In this document: in pieces, positions 26,615-36,093 of the stretch
Layout of the letters: every line of letters starts with the position of its first letter
Position numbering within the stretch: the stretch's first letter is position 1
Assembly: GCA_048569615.1 (NCBI GenBank)
Contig: JBLIRK010000024.1
Span: 1 to 46,949 of the forward strand
Direction of reading: 5' to 3'
Origin: Thermoplasmatota archaeon
GTDB taxonomy: Archaea > Thermoplasmatota > Penumbrarchaeia > Penumbrarchaeales > Penumbrarchaeaceae
Length of the DNA stretch: 46,949 nucleotides
Made by a program: the position numbers and the translations under genes
The notes under the pieces: model-generated
What the model was told of the DNA's origin: nothing
Databases searched by the model: none
The model's input: the letters and a program-made list of their open reading frames with translations, nothing else

Positions 26615-27982
26615 ATGTACCAGGGTTACAGGGGCCCCGCTCTCGAGGTTCTGAAAAGGGAGAAGGTTGCCGTATGGGACAGGTTGGAGGTAGAAACCCC
26701 CGAGGGCAAGGTGGAAGGAATTCTGCTCCCGAGATCGGCGGGCGACGACCAGCATCTGGTACTCAAGATGATCACCGGCTACAACATCGGAATACGACAC
26801 GACCATGTCATCTCAATAGTCCAGAAGGGTCAGAAGAAGGCTCATTACAAGATACCGGAGAAGGATTTCCCCTTCGACGAGAACAAGCCCAATGTCGTCA
26901 TCCTCGGCACGGGGGGAACCATTGCCTCCAGGCTGGATTACAGAACGGGGGCGGTGATCCCGGCGTTCACCCCCGGGGAGCTCTTCGGAGCCGTTCCTGA
27001 GCTTGCCGACCTGGCGAACATAACAACAAGGAAACTTTTCGGCGTATTCTCCGAGAACATGGGGCCCCATCAATGGAAGGTCCTGGCAGAGAACATAAAG
27101 AAGGATATCGAAGGAGGGGCCAGAGGGATTGTGATCGGCCACGGGACCGACACGATGCACTATACGGCCGCCACCCTTTCGTTCATGGTGCAGAACACTC
27201 CCGTTCCTATTGCCTGTGTGGGAAGCCAGAGGTCCTCCGACAGGCCTTCCTCCGATGCTGCAAGGACCCTTATCGGATCGGTCACAACCGCAGCCTATTC
27301 GGATGTCGCCGAGGTGGTTGTCACCATGTTCGGAACGACCTCTGACAAGTTCATATACCTTCATCCGGGCACAAGGGTCAGGAAGATGCACTCCTCCTAC
27401 CGCAACACCTTCAAGACACTTGGCGATTACCCCATAGGGATGGTCCAGGACGGCAAGTTCACCTACTTCAAGGACGATTACAAGAGGAGACGGGATGATA
27501 CCGACGTTCAGATCTACCCCAAATTCGAGGACCGGATCGCGATCCTATACTACTACCCCAACATGCACCCGGACATCCTCGAGAACATGATAGACAGGGG
27601 TTACAAGGGCATAATCATCGCAGGCACGGGGCTGGGGCACGTCAACAAGCCGCTCTACGATCCGCTCCAGAGAGCACACGAGGAGGGAATACACCTCTTC
27701 ATGGCGGTGCAGACCCTCTACGGCTATACCCAGATGTTCGTATATGATACGGGCAGGGACATGATGGCCAGGGGGGTTGTACCTCTTGATAATATGCTCC
27801 CCGAAGTGGCATACTGCAAGCTGGGATGGGTTCTGGGGCAGGTACAGGACAGGGAGGCTGTTAGGAAGATGATGCTCACCCCCATCGCAAGGGAGATCAC
27901 CCCCCGGGAGCCGTACAACGGCTTTATCCAGGGGCAGGCGGGACTGGACCCTGTCGAAAGGTTCCTCAAGGAGTACTCCTGA
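26615..27982 (+). CDS. gatD: Glutamyl-tRNA(Gln) amidotransferase subunit D
   Basis: An N-terminal GatD-specific domain (GDDQHLVLKMITGYNIGI) is followed by an L-asparaginase-like domain (VVILGTGGTIAS, GIVIGHGTDTM). The ATG at 26615 (MYQGY...) is preferred over the track's TTG at 26603. Confidence 0.85.
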   Translation: MYQGYRGPALEVLKREKVAVWDRLEVETPEGKVEGILLPRSAGDDQHLVLKMITGYNIGIRHDHVISIVQKGQKKAHYKIPEKDFPFDENKPNVVILGTGGTIASRLDYRTGAVIPAFTPGELFGAVPELADLANITTRKLFGVFSENMGPHQWKVLAENIKKDIEGGARGIVIGHGTDTMHYTAATLSFMVQNTPVPIACVGSQRSSDRPSSDAARTLIGSVTTAAYSDVAEVVVTMFGTTSDKFIYLHPGTRVRKMHSSYRNTFKTLGDYPIGMVQDGKFTYFKDDYKRRRDDTDVQIYPKFEDRIAILYYYPNMHPDILENMIDRGYKGIIIAGTGLGHVNKPLYDPLQRAHEEGIHLFMAVQTLYGYTQMFVYDTGRDMMARGVVPLDNMLPEVAYCKLGWVLGQVQDREAVRKMMLTPIAREITPREPYNGFIQGQAGLDPVERFLKEYS

Positions 27983-28090
27983 AATCAAAGTGTGATGCCC
28001 GCCACAAATACCTATATAAGTTAACAGTACAATGATGTGGCCGTCGGTCCTGCGTGTAGATGATCGTATAGCGTTCCAGGGGTAAAGTGA

Positions 28091-31000
28091 ATGAACCTCG
28101 CATCATGTAAATGTACGATACGGGTCCTTGCAGTTGTTTTCCTCCTTTTGATCTCCGGCTCATTCGTTTTCACGGACAGGGGAACCACGGGCCTGAAATA
28201 CCTCAAGGAGCAGTCGGCCCCGGGTTCAAGATACCCCTTGGTCAAGGATGTTGTTCCTATCGGAGACTTCAACAGGGACGGTTTCCAGGACATGGTCGTG
28301 ACCATGCCCACGGATACTTCCGGCGGAAGGGATGCGGGCAGGCTCTTGTATTTTAAGGGAAGCGACGAAGGATTCCCCGCCTTCTCCCCCGGCAATGCAG
28401 ACCTGATCATAAGGGGAGAGCCGGATTATCTCTTCGGACAGAGCGTCGCCGCCTGGGATTATTCAGGGGACGGCTGGCTTGACCTGGCAGTTGGGTGCCC
28501 CGGGGCCGACAACGGCTCGGGAAGGGTGCTTATCTTCGAATCCACCGACATCAACGCGGCCTCCTCGGGGGCGACGCTCTCCTGCGACAGGTCGGCCCTG
28601 AACGTCACAAGTCCCGACACATACTTCTTCGGCTCGCACCTTACGGTGGGCAGGATAACGGAGGACGAATTGTCGGACCTGATGGTCCTCTCCATGAGCA
28701 ACGGTATCTTATCACCAAAGGCCAAACTCTTCTCCGGCGGGGTTATCCCGGAATACGGCTACGAGATAGCCCTCGAGGATGACTCCGTCGCCAACAGGAC
28801 CGCAACCGCCTGTGTCGACCTTTTCGGCGAGGGCAGGGAAGCCTTCGTTTACTCATCTCCGGACAACGGCGAGATCAAGGTCATCCAGATCAACGTCACC
28901 TTCGACACGATCATGCTGCCGGGGGCCAACGAGACCGGCGTGGTCGATTTCCAGGGAAGCATACAGAGCACCGCTAACACATTCGGGTGGGGAGCGGGGG
29001 ACGACGGCTGGGACACATCCCTTACCCACATTTACGACGGCAGCACGGGATATGATTCCGTAAGGTACAACCAAGCCACCGGGAACGCCAGGGGGGACGA
29101 CAGGTCAGTAGGGACCGAGAACCAGCTCTTCATCGAGGTGGGCGGCGTACTGGGCACAAGCAACGGAAGGGACATGTCGGGTGCCTACGGGGTAAGCTTC
29201 ACTCTGACGTCCAACAACGTATCGGGGATCAATTCCGCCGTGCTCTCCTTCGATTTCGAGTGGGAGAACTGGGGTTTCGAAGCCAACGAGAGGTACTGGA
29301 TAAAGGCCAGGCTGACCGACTCCACCGGGGACGTCCACTGGCTGGGTCAGGAGTTCGACAGGGGGGCCCCGACGGACCCCGAGCCGGAGATATACTCCTC
29401 GCTGGGGCGGGGCAATCCGGGGCAGAACCTGGCGGGGATCGGAAAGTACAGCTCCGACGTGCTGGCTCTCATAGACGGGCCGGGCGAATATTATTTTGAC
29501 GTGGGGGGGAAGATCTCGGAATGGACCAACAACCAGGAGTTCGAGGGAGTGGGGATCGACAATGTGAAGTTCGTGCTAAGAACGCTTACCCATGATGTCA
29601 GGGAGATCAGGGGCGGGTCTCAGATCGGACTTGCACTTTCCAAAGCGGATGCCGATGATGACGGCAGCATGGACCTGGTTGTCTCCTCGCCCAACGACGG
29701 GAAGATAAGCATATTCAGGGGAGGGGAGCCTTACTGGTGGAACCTTGCAAGCATAAACCAGGGTATGGCAAACTATACGATCGAGGGATCGGCGGGGAAC
29801 GGATTCGGAGCGGCCCTGCTCAACGCTCCTCCAAATCCCTTCGTCCCCGGCAGCTCTCTGTTGATCTCAGAAACGCTGGTGACCAGGACCGGAAGCGGGA
29901 TCGGTGCAGTTCATCTTTTCGAGCTCCCCTTGAACGGCTCCCTGATGCCTCTTGCTTGGGCCAAGGAGACGAACTGGGCCCCGATAGATGTCCACGATTT
30001 CGGATGGGACATGGTGAATTCCGGCGACAACGACGAGAACGGCTATCCGGAGCTAATTATCTTCGGATGGAACCAGACAAATAACCTATTCGCCCTGCTT
30101 GCCGACAGATCACCGTCGCCCCCTCAGCTATGGATAGACAATCCCAGGAGGCACGATACGGTCTCGGGTCATGTCGAGATAAGGGCCAGGGTTTTCGATC
30201 CCGACGGAGACGCAGGTCCGGAGGACATCAGGTTCTTCCGCTCCATAGACAACCGTTCCTGGAACACGATAGGTAATGGTAGGCCGGACAGGATAGAGGG
30301 AGACACTGCGATCAAGGACTGGTACACCAACCTTGACGAGAACAGCGGATATTTCTTCAAGGTCGAGGTGGAGGACGACTTCGGACTGAGCGTCGTGAAG
30401 TACACCGACAGGGTGGATGTGCTCAACCATGAACCCCCCATCGTTGATCTGATCTACCCGGCAGACGGAACCGAGCTGAGGGCCGGCGAGGACATAACCG
30501 CAAGGATCATAATTTCATCGGACGAGGAACTGGAGCCCCCCGTGAGGTTCCTCTATTCAAGGAACAATCTCACTTGGTACGAGTACGCCAACAGGACCAA
30601 GGCCGTTGAAGGGAGCGACATCGATTACATAGCGAGGTTGAACACCGAGACAATGAAGGACGGACCCATCTGGTTCAAGATCAATGCCACGACGGTTTAC
30701 GGCCTGGGCTCCGAGGACAGGAACATCGGACCCTGCCATATAAACAACTACTACCCGCCCGATGCCGCCATTACGTTCCCCGCGCCAAATGCCACGCTGA
30801 CGGGCATGGTCAATATAACGGCGAACGTCAGCGACCCGGACGATGATATCAGGGAGCCCGTGGAGTTCAACGTAAAAACCCCCGATGTGGAGCTATTCGA
30901 TTTCGTGGGCAACATGACCAGGGGAGCAAACGGCACATACTATTATCTGTGGGACACCACAACACTTGAAAACGGCAGATACGACATAATGGTGAGGGTC

Positions 31001-32575
31001 ACCGATAAGACCTTCTTCAAGATGGAGGCAACCCTGAACAACACCATCAGGATTAAGAACTACTATACCCCGGAGGTCACCCTTTCGGGAGCGAGCGAAG
31101 GGGATACCATAAGCGGCGAGCTGACCCTGAAGGCTGTGATCTGGGACAGGGACCGCAATTACATCGAAAAAGGTATTATTTTCGAATACTCTCTCTCCGG
31201 AGAGGAGAACTGGACATCGCTCGGCAGGGGCTTGCTCATCGGCACCCAGGCAGAGTTCAGCTGGATCACTACCACAGTCCTCAACGGTGTCTATGATGTC
31301 AGGGTCCGGGTCACGGACGAGGACAATCTCACCGCAGTATCCAGGATCAACGGGATAACAGTGAGGAACCCGTACCATCCGAAGATATATCCCCGGCTCC
31401 CCTCCGGCGGACAGACCGTATCGGCGACCCTGAGATTGAGGTTCAACGTTTCCGATGACGGCCCGATACCACCTGGGAACGTCAAGATAGAGGTCTTCGC
31501 CTATGACCAATGGCGGGAGCTGACGGGACTTACAAGGGAGACTGCGGGAGGGTCCTTCGTACCTTGGTCCAACATATCCTTCTACGTTGACTGGGACACC
31601 ACCCAGAAAGGAGAGGACGGAAAACCATTATTCCCGGATTCCATCGGCTACGAGGTAAGGATAACCGTAACGGACGAGGAGGGTCTCAAGACCGTTTACG
31701 AATCTCCGTTCTCCTACACGGTCAAGAACAAGGATGACAGCCCGGATGACGACGATGGCGGGGGTGAGGCGCTGTTCCTTCCGGGGTGGGCCATAGCGGC
31801 GATACTGCTGGGAGCGATAATCCTGGTCGTGTGCATATTCCTTTTCTTCATATTCTGGAGCGGGAGGAAGAAGGAGAAGGATGCTGTCCATGTCAAGGTC
31901 AAGGACATAACCGCAAGGCCCAAGCCCAGGATCCATGAGGAGACGAAGATCGTCACCCCCATGGACGAGAAGGTGGAAGATGTTTACAAACCCCCGGGCT
32001 GGAAGGCGCCGCCCGCCGAAACGAGGCCTTCCGAGGCGCCGATGTTCGCGGTTGGTGCGGAGACGCCAGATCTCGGACTCGACCTTGGTCTCGGCATGGC
32101 GGAGGAGGAGGAAGAGGAGCTTGTTGACGTAAGGGATTCTCTCTTCGGCGAGAAACCGAAGAGGAAGCCTCCGGCGAAGAAGAAGGAGCCCTCTGCTGTC
32201 CCGTACGTCGAAGAGTCCATCGATGTGGAGCTTCCGGAAGGAGTGATGCCCACGGGGCCACCTGTATCAAGGGAGAAAGCGGAGAGCTGGGACGAGGTGG
32301 AGATCGAGGAGGAGGAGGAGGAAGAATGGGGTGGTGCTGAAGCCTGGGAAGAGGAAGAGGAGGAAGAATTCGAGGAGCTTGAGGAGGAGGATTGGGGAGA
32401 GATGGAAGATGAAGAGGAGGAGGGTTGGGAAGACCTCGAAGAAGAGGAGGAAGAGGAGGATTACTTCGTAGTGACCTGCAAGTGCGGGGAGGAGATCGAG
32501 ATCCCAGGCGATTTCAAGGGAAGCAAGTTCCTGTGTCCCACATGCGGCAGAAAGAGCCGTATCCCGGGCAGATAA
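28091..32575 (+). CDS. Giant surface adhesin-like protein: FG-GAP/VCBS repeats, multiple Ig-like or fibronectin-like domains, one TM helix, then a cytoplasmic poly-E tail ending in a zinc ribbon
   Basis: The ORF is 1494 aa with a signal peptide. The FG-GAP motifs are GDFNRDGFQDMVV, WDYSGDGWLDLAVGCPGADNGSGRVLIF and DADDDGSMDLVVSSPNDGKISIF. Repeated roughly 100-aa beta-domains follow. The TM helix is WAIAAILLGAIILVVCIFLFFIFW. An EEEEEEEWGG...EEEEDYF tail follows. The C-terminus is CKCGEEIEIPGDFKGSKFLCPTCGRK. Confidence 0.85.
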   Translation: MNLASCKCTIRVLAVVFLLLISGSFVFTDRGTTGLKYLKEQSAPGSRYPLVKDVVPIGDFNRDGFQDMVVTMPTDTSGGRDAGRLLYFKGSDEGFPAFSPGNADLIIRGEPDYLFGQSVAAWDYSGDGWLDLAVGCPGADNGSGRVLIFESTDINAASSGATLSCDRSALNVTSPDTYFFGSHLTVGRITEDELSDLMVLSMSNGILSPKAKLFSGGVIPEYGYEIALEDDSVANRTATACVDLFGEGREAFVYSSPDNGEIKVIQINVTFDTIMLPGANETGVVDFQGSIQSTANTFGWGAGDDGWDTSLTHIYDGSTGYDSVRYNQATGNARGDDRSVGTENQLFIEVGGVLGTSNGRDMSGAYGVSFTLTSNNVSGINSAVLSFDFEWENWGFEANERYWIKARLTDSTGDVHWLGQEFDRGAPTDPEPEIYSSLGRGNPGQNLAGIGKYSSDVLALIDGPGEYYFDVGGKISEWTNNQEFEGVGIDNVKFVLRTLTHDVREIRGGSQIGLALSKADADDDGSMDLVVSSPNDGKISIFRGGEPYWWNLASINQGMANYTIEGSAGNGFGAALLNAPPNPFVPGSSLLISETLVTRTGSGIGAVHLFELPLNGSLMPLAWAKETNWAPIDVHDFGWDMVNSGDNDENGYPELIIFGWNQTNNLFALLADRSPSPPQLWIDNPRRHDTVSGHVEIRARVFDPDGDAGPEDIRFFRSIDNRSWNTIGNGRPDRIEGDTAIKDWYTNLDENSGYFFKVEVEDDFGLSVVKYTDRVDVLNHEPPIVDLIYPADGTELRAGEDITARIIISSDEELEPPVRFLYSRNNLTWYEYANRTKAVEGSDIDYIARLNTETMKDGPIWFKINATTVYGLGSEDRNIGPCHINNYYPPDAAITFPAPNATLTGMVNITANVSDPDDDIREPVEFNVKTPDVELFDFVGNMTRGANGTYYYLWDTTTLENGRYDIMVRVTDKTFFKMEATLNNTIRIKNYYTPEVTLSGASEGDTISGELTLKAVIWDRDRNYIEKGIIFEYSLSGEENWTSLGRGLLIGTQAEFSWITTTVLNGVYDVRVRVTDEDNLTAVSRINGITVRNPYHPKIYPRLPSGGQTVSATLRLRFNVSDDGPIPPGNVKIEVFAYDQWRELTGLTRETAGGSFVPWSNISFYVDWDTTQKGEDGKPLFPDSIGYEVRITVTDEEGLKTVYESPFSYTVKNKDDSPDDDDGGGEALFLPGWAIAAILLGAIILVVCIFLFFIFWSGRKKEKDAVHVKVKDITARPKPRIHEETKIVTPMDEKVEDVYKPPGWKAPPAETRPSEAPMFAVGAETPDLGLDLGLGMAEEEEEELVDVRDSLFGEKPKRKPPAKKKEPSAVPYVEESIDVELPEGVMPTGPPVSREKAESWDEVEIEEEEEEEWGGAEAWEEEEEEEFEELEEEDWGEMEDEEEEGWEDLEEEEEEEDYFVVTCKCGEEIEIPGDFKGSKFLCPTCGRKSRIPGR
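32281..32470 (+). repeat. GAG/GAA-rich low-complexity tract encoding a poly-Glu tail punctuated by Trp
   Basis: It is made of gaggaggaggaagaa-type repeats. The protein reads EIEEEEEEEWGGAEAWEEEEEEEFEELEEEDWGEMEDEEEEGWEDLEEEEEEEDYF. Confidence 0.5.
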
Positions 32576-32717
32576 GAAAAACAGACGCCGCATTCTGGCA
32601 GTTGCGGGCCCTACATGCATGATATTATTGTCAAACGGCTGTTCCAATGTTTGTTTTAATACTCCTTTCCATGGAAACCTCATGGAAGCGGCAGGGACCG
32701 CTAAGAGGTGTGTAACC

Positions 32718-33641
32718 ATGAAGAAAGGAAAAAGGAAAGGGCCCATGGTCGAGGTGCCGGCGGGAGCTGTCTATGCTCTCCTCGCCGCCATAAGCATCAT
32801 ATGCGTTACCATTCTGGCAGTTGCACTGGCCGATGACGACGGCACTACGAGGAAGATAAGGGAAGAACCCGAGGTGATCAAGACACCGCACCTCTTCATC
32901 GAGGAGGTGTTCTTCCGCTCGGACAACACGGACAGGATAACGGTGGAAGTGTACATCTACATCACAAACGACGGAACCAAGGAAGCGAACGGTGTGAATG
33001 TCCACGTATGGCCCGTTGTGGGAGAATCGAACATCGCCACCGACATGCAGGAGATGGACTTCGGCGTCATCGGGATCAATGAAACGGGGATGAAAATGGT
33101 CTCCATCGAGCTGAAGGCCGGCGAGACGCTATCGGTGGAGCTTCTGGTCTTCGAATCCAATATGATGATACTCAAGGGAAGGGCGGAGGTGTCGACATCC
33201 GGTCAGGGAGGAGCCGATTACAGGAATACGGACGTGAGAGGGACCGACGGAGACGGCGATTACGACGGAATGCCCGACGATTGGGAGCGCTACTACGGGC
33301 TGGACCCCAACGATCCCAACGATGCCGATTACGACAGGGACGGCGACGGGATCACCAATATCATGGAATACAGGCTCAACAGGGACCCGACCGTCTCCCC
33401 AACCTCGGATGACAACATTGCGGATGATGATGATGACGAGACGGTAGGATGGGGAGCGGCATCTGACAAAGATGGCACAACCGTCATTTTCGGGGCTGGT
33501 ATGTTCCTCCTCCTGATCATCGGTGTTATCATCGTCCTGATAATAGCCGCCGCAAGGGCCAGCAGGAAGAAGTACAGCAAAGATCCTCAGACGGAAGAGG
33601 GCAAATGGCCGCCAAAGGAAGGACGGGACCATCGGGATTAA
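32718..33641 (+). CDS. Membrane-anchored protein with an N-terminal signal anchor, an unknown beta-rich domain, bacterial-type TSP3 calcium-binding repeats, an acidic stretch and a C-terminal TM anchor
   Basis: The N-terminus is MKKGKRKGPMVEVPAGAVYALLAAISIICVTILAVALA. The TSP3-like repeats are DGDGDYDGMPDDWERYYGLDPNDPNDADYDRDGDGITNIMEYRLNRDP. These are followed by DDDDDE, the TM helix IFGAGMFLLLIIGVIIVLIIAAA and a basic tail. A GAGGTG ribosome-binding site precedes the start. Confidence 0.6.
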   Translation: MKKGKRKGPMVEVPAGAVYALLAAISIICVTILAVALADDDGTTRKIREEPEVIKTPHLFIEEVFFRSDNTDRITVEVYIYITNDGTKEANGVNVHVWPVVGESNIATDMQEMDFGVIGINETGMKMVSIELKAGETLSVELLVFESNMMILKGRAEVSTSGQGGADYRNTDVRGTDGDGDYDGMPDDWERYYGLDPNDPNDADYDRDGDGITNIMEYRLNRDPTVSPTSDDNIADDDDDETVGWGAASDKDGTTVIFGAGMFLLLIIGVIIVLIIAAARASRKKYSKDPQTEEGKWPPKEGRDHRD

Positions 33642-33672
33642 ATGTCAAAGAGGCCATGAAAGGAGAGAGGAG

Positions 33673-34752
33673 ATGGACATGAAGGACGAGGGGACAGGGA
33701 GCAGAAAAGCGCTGGCAGCAGCCTCTTCAGCGCTTGCTCTCTGCCTCCTCGTTAGCATCTTGTTTTCTATGTATGTCGAGGGACAGGAGGAGGCGGACAC
33801 CGACGGGGACGGGCTCCCGGACGACTGGGAGGTCCAGTACGGCTTCAACGAGACCGATCCCTCGGATGCCTCGGGGGACCCGGACTCGGACGCTCTGACA
33901 AATCTGGAAGAGTACAACATCGGGACGAACCCGAAGCTCAACGATACCGACTCCGACGGCATGGACGACGGGTGGGAGGTCCGTTTCGGGCTCGACCCCA
34001 AGGACCCTTCGGATGCAACAGGGGACATGGACCGCGACGGTCTCCCGAACCGGAGGGAATACGACATAGGAACGGACCCGACGGACTACTACGACCCCGG
34101 GAGCGAGCCGAGCGATGATGACGATGATATCTCACCGGATGATGATGCGGATGATGGGGCGGGAATGGGAAAAGATGCTGGCAATTTGGCTTGCGGCATC
34201 CTCTTCTTCATCATCGGCGTCGTCATAGTCATAGGAATAATTATCGGAATATATTCCAAGATACGCCGCGACAGGATCCTGGACCATGAGACAAGGCAGA
34301 GGATCGTGGACTATCTCCGCGAGAATCCGGGAGCCTACTACTCCCAGATAAGGAAGGACCTGGACCTCGCCCACGGCGTGCTCACTCATCACATCAACAT
34401 ACTGGAGCAGCAGGAGCTCCTGTTCTCCAGGCAGGACCGCTCATACAGGAGGTTCTTCCTCGACGGGATGTACAGGAAGGGTCCGATAGTCACGGGAAAC
34501 CAGAAGAAGGTGCTTGATGCTATAAGGAGGCATCCCGGCCTGTCCCAGTCGGAGATAGGGAGGAAGCTCGGCATGGGCAGGATGATAGTCAGTTACCACA
34601 TCAACGCCCTGGAGGACCTCGGTCTTGTGGAGAAATCGAAGAGAGGAAGGGAGAACCTCGTCTATCCTTTGAACGGTGAAGGTGAGGACAGAGGGATGAA
34701 GGAGGACATTTTTACGGAAAGCGCCCGTCCCCCGGCGGAGGTCGAGGCATGA
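33673..34752 (+). CDS. Single-pass transmembrane transcription-factor-like protein with extracellular TSP3 calcium-binding repeats, one TM helix and two cytoplasmic winged-helix (ArsR/MarR-like) domains
   Basis: After the signal peptide come three repeats: DTDGDGLPDDWEVQYGFNETDPSDASGDPDSDALTNLEEYNIGTNP, DTDSDGMDDGWEVRFGLDPKDPSDATGDMDRDGLPNRREYDIGTDP. The TM helix is ILFFIIGVVIVIGIIIGIY. The wHTH-like segments are RQRIVDYLRENPGAYYSQIRKDLDLAHGVLTHHINILEQQELLFS and QKKVLDAIRRHPGLSQSEIGRKLGMGRMIVSYHINALEDLGLVEK. An AAAGGAGAGAGGAG ribosome-binding site precedes the start. Confidence 0.7.
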   Translation: MDMKDEGTGSRKALAAASSALALCLLVSILFSMYVEGQEEADTDGDGLPDDWEVQYGFNETDPSDASGDPDSDALTNLEEYNIGTNPKLNDTDSDGMDDGWEVRFGLDPKDPSDATGDMDRDGLPNRREYDIGTDPTDYYDPGSEPSDDDDDISPDDDADDGAGMGKDAGNLACGILFFIIGVVIVIGIIIGIYSKIRRDRILDHETRQRIVDYLRENPGAYYSQIRKDLDLAHGVLTHHINILEQQELLFSRQDRSYRRFFLDGMYRKGPIVTGNQKKVLDAIRRHPGLSQSEIGRKLGMGRMIVSYHINALEDLGLVEKSKRGRENLVYPLNGEGEDRGMKEDIFTESARPPAEVEA

Positions 34753-34805
34753 TGGCGGGTACTGATGTATTATTTTACATATCTTGAGAACTTTAACCAT
34801 TGAAC

Positions 34806-36038
34806 ATGGAGGCTGTCCTCTACCTTCTCCTCCTGCTGATCTCTGCCATCTTCTTCGGCAAGGTCGCGGAGAAATTCGGGCATCCGACCATCGTCGGCAA
34901 TATCATCGGCGGCCTTCTCGCCGGTCCTGTTCTCATTCTGATAATGGAGCTGTTCAATTACGGTTTCGAGCTGAGGCAGATCTCGGAGATGATAGATTTC
35001 CTTGAACCCGAAACGGTGGAGAGGGAGGTCTTCTTCATAGTGGACCTTGCGGTGATCATGCTTATGTTCGCCTCCGGATTCGAGACAAGGATAAGGGACT
35101 TCATCGCCTCCTTCAGGACCGGCATACTGACCGCTGCCCTGGGGATCATCCTCCCGTTCTCCCTCGGATTCGTCGGGACCTATCTGTACCTCGGAGACAT
35201 GCTGGTGGCTTTCTATGTCGGGGCTGCATTGTCCATCACGGCCGTTGCCCTTTCCATTGCTACCCTGATACAGATCGAGGCCATCCGGACCAGGTTCGGC
35301 ATGACGATAATAAACGCTGCCATTGTCGATGATATAATCGGGATCATAATCCTCTCAGTACTCCTTTCCTTCTCCACTACCGGGAGGCTCCCCAGTGCCG
35401 CATCGGTGATCTGGGTGGTGGTACTGTCTGTCATCTTCGTGGCCGTATCGCTCTTCATAGTGCCAAGGCTCCTGAAGAAGGTCTACCACAACCTGAGGGA
35501 CCTGAGGACCACCGAGAAGGTTGGCCTTGGAATACTCATGGCTGGACTTTTTGCGGTCGTCGCCCATGTAATGGGGCTGCATCTGATGATTGGTGCCTTC
35601 ATGGGCGGAATGGCAATAAGGGACTCCCTTTCCAGGTCCACGATGCAGTCCCTCTCCAGATGGTCCTTCGGCTTCTTTGCTCCAGTTTTCTTTGCATGGG
35701 TCGGATTCTCCGTTACGCTCTCCGGTCTGGTGTTCTCCCCCTTCCTGCTGCTGCTCATCGTACTTGGGTTCACGGGCAAGGTGCTGGGAGCGGGTGCTGG
35801 AGCGAAGCTCTCGGGATTGACATGGGCCGAATCCCTGCTTGTCGGGGTGGGCATGAACGGCAAGGCGGCCGTCGAGCTGGTCCTGGCATCTGTTGCCCTG
35901 CAGGCAGGTATCATAGAGAGGGACCTCTTCTCTGCGGTGGTCATCTTCGCAGCTCTCATGGCAATAACGACACCGATGATGCTGAAATCGCTCACGAATA
36001 ATTTCCAAAAGAAGGGATGGATAGAGGATATGTACTGA
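34806..36038 (+). CDS. CPA2-family monovalent cation/proton antiporter (Kef/NapA-like, no KTN domain), copy 1
   Basis: The N-terminus MEAVLYLLLLLISAIFFGKVAEKFGHPTIVGNIIGGLLAGPV is the CPA2 signature. There are 12-13 TM helices. The ATG at 34806 is preferred over the TTG at 34800. Confidence 0.8.
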   Translation: MEAVLYLLLLLISAIFFGKVAEKFGHPTIVGNIIGGLLAGPVLILIMELFNYGFELRQISEMIDFLEPETVEREVFFIVDLAVIMLMFASGFETRIRDFIASFRTGILTAALGIILPFSLGFVGTYLYLGDMLVAFYVGAALSITAVALSIATLIQIEAIRTRFGMTIINAAIVDDIIGIIILSVLLSFSTTGRLPSAASVIWVVVLSVIFVAVSLFIVPRLLKKVYHNLRDLRTTEKVGLGILMAGLFAVVAHVMGLHLMIGAFMGGMAIRDSLSRSTMQSLSRWSFGFFAPVFFAWVGFSVTLSGLVFSPFLLLLIVLGFTGKVLGAGAGAKLSGLTWAESLLVGVGMNGKAAVELVLASVALQAGIIERDLFSAVVIFAALMAITTPMMLKSLTNNFQKKGWIEDMY

Positions 36039-36093
36039 AAATATATCCAAACAGCGTAACTTTTATACGGGAGTTGTTTTTTTGGGGCCTCTT

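Noticed and set aside
26813-27391. 192-aa minus-strand ORF, and 27545..27988
   Set aside because: They are antisense to gatD.
28111-32270. Numerous 60-200-aa ORFs inside the giant adhesin gene on both strands
   Set aside because: They are all nested within a continuous 4.5-kb ORF with coherent domain structure.
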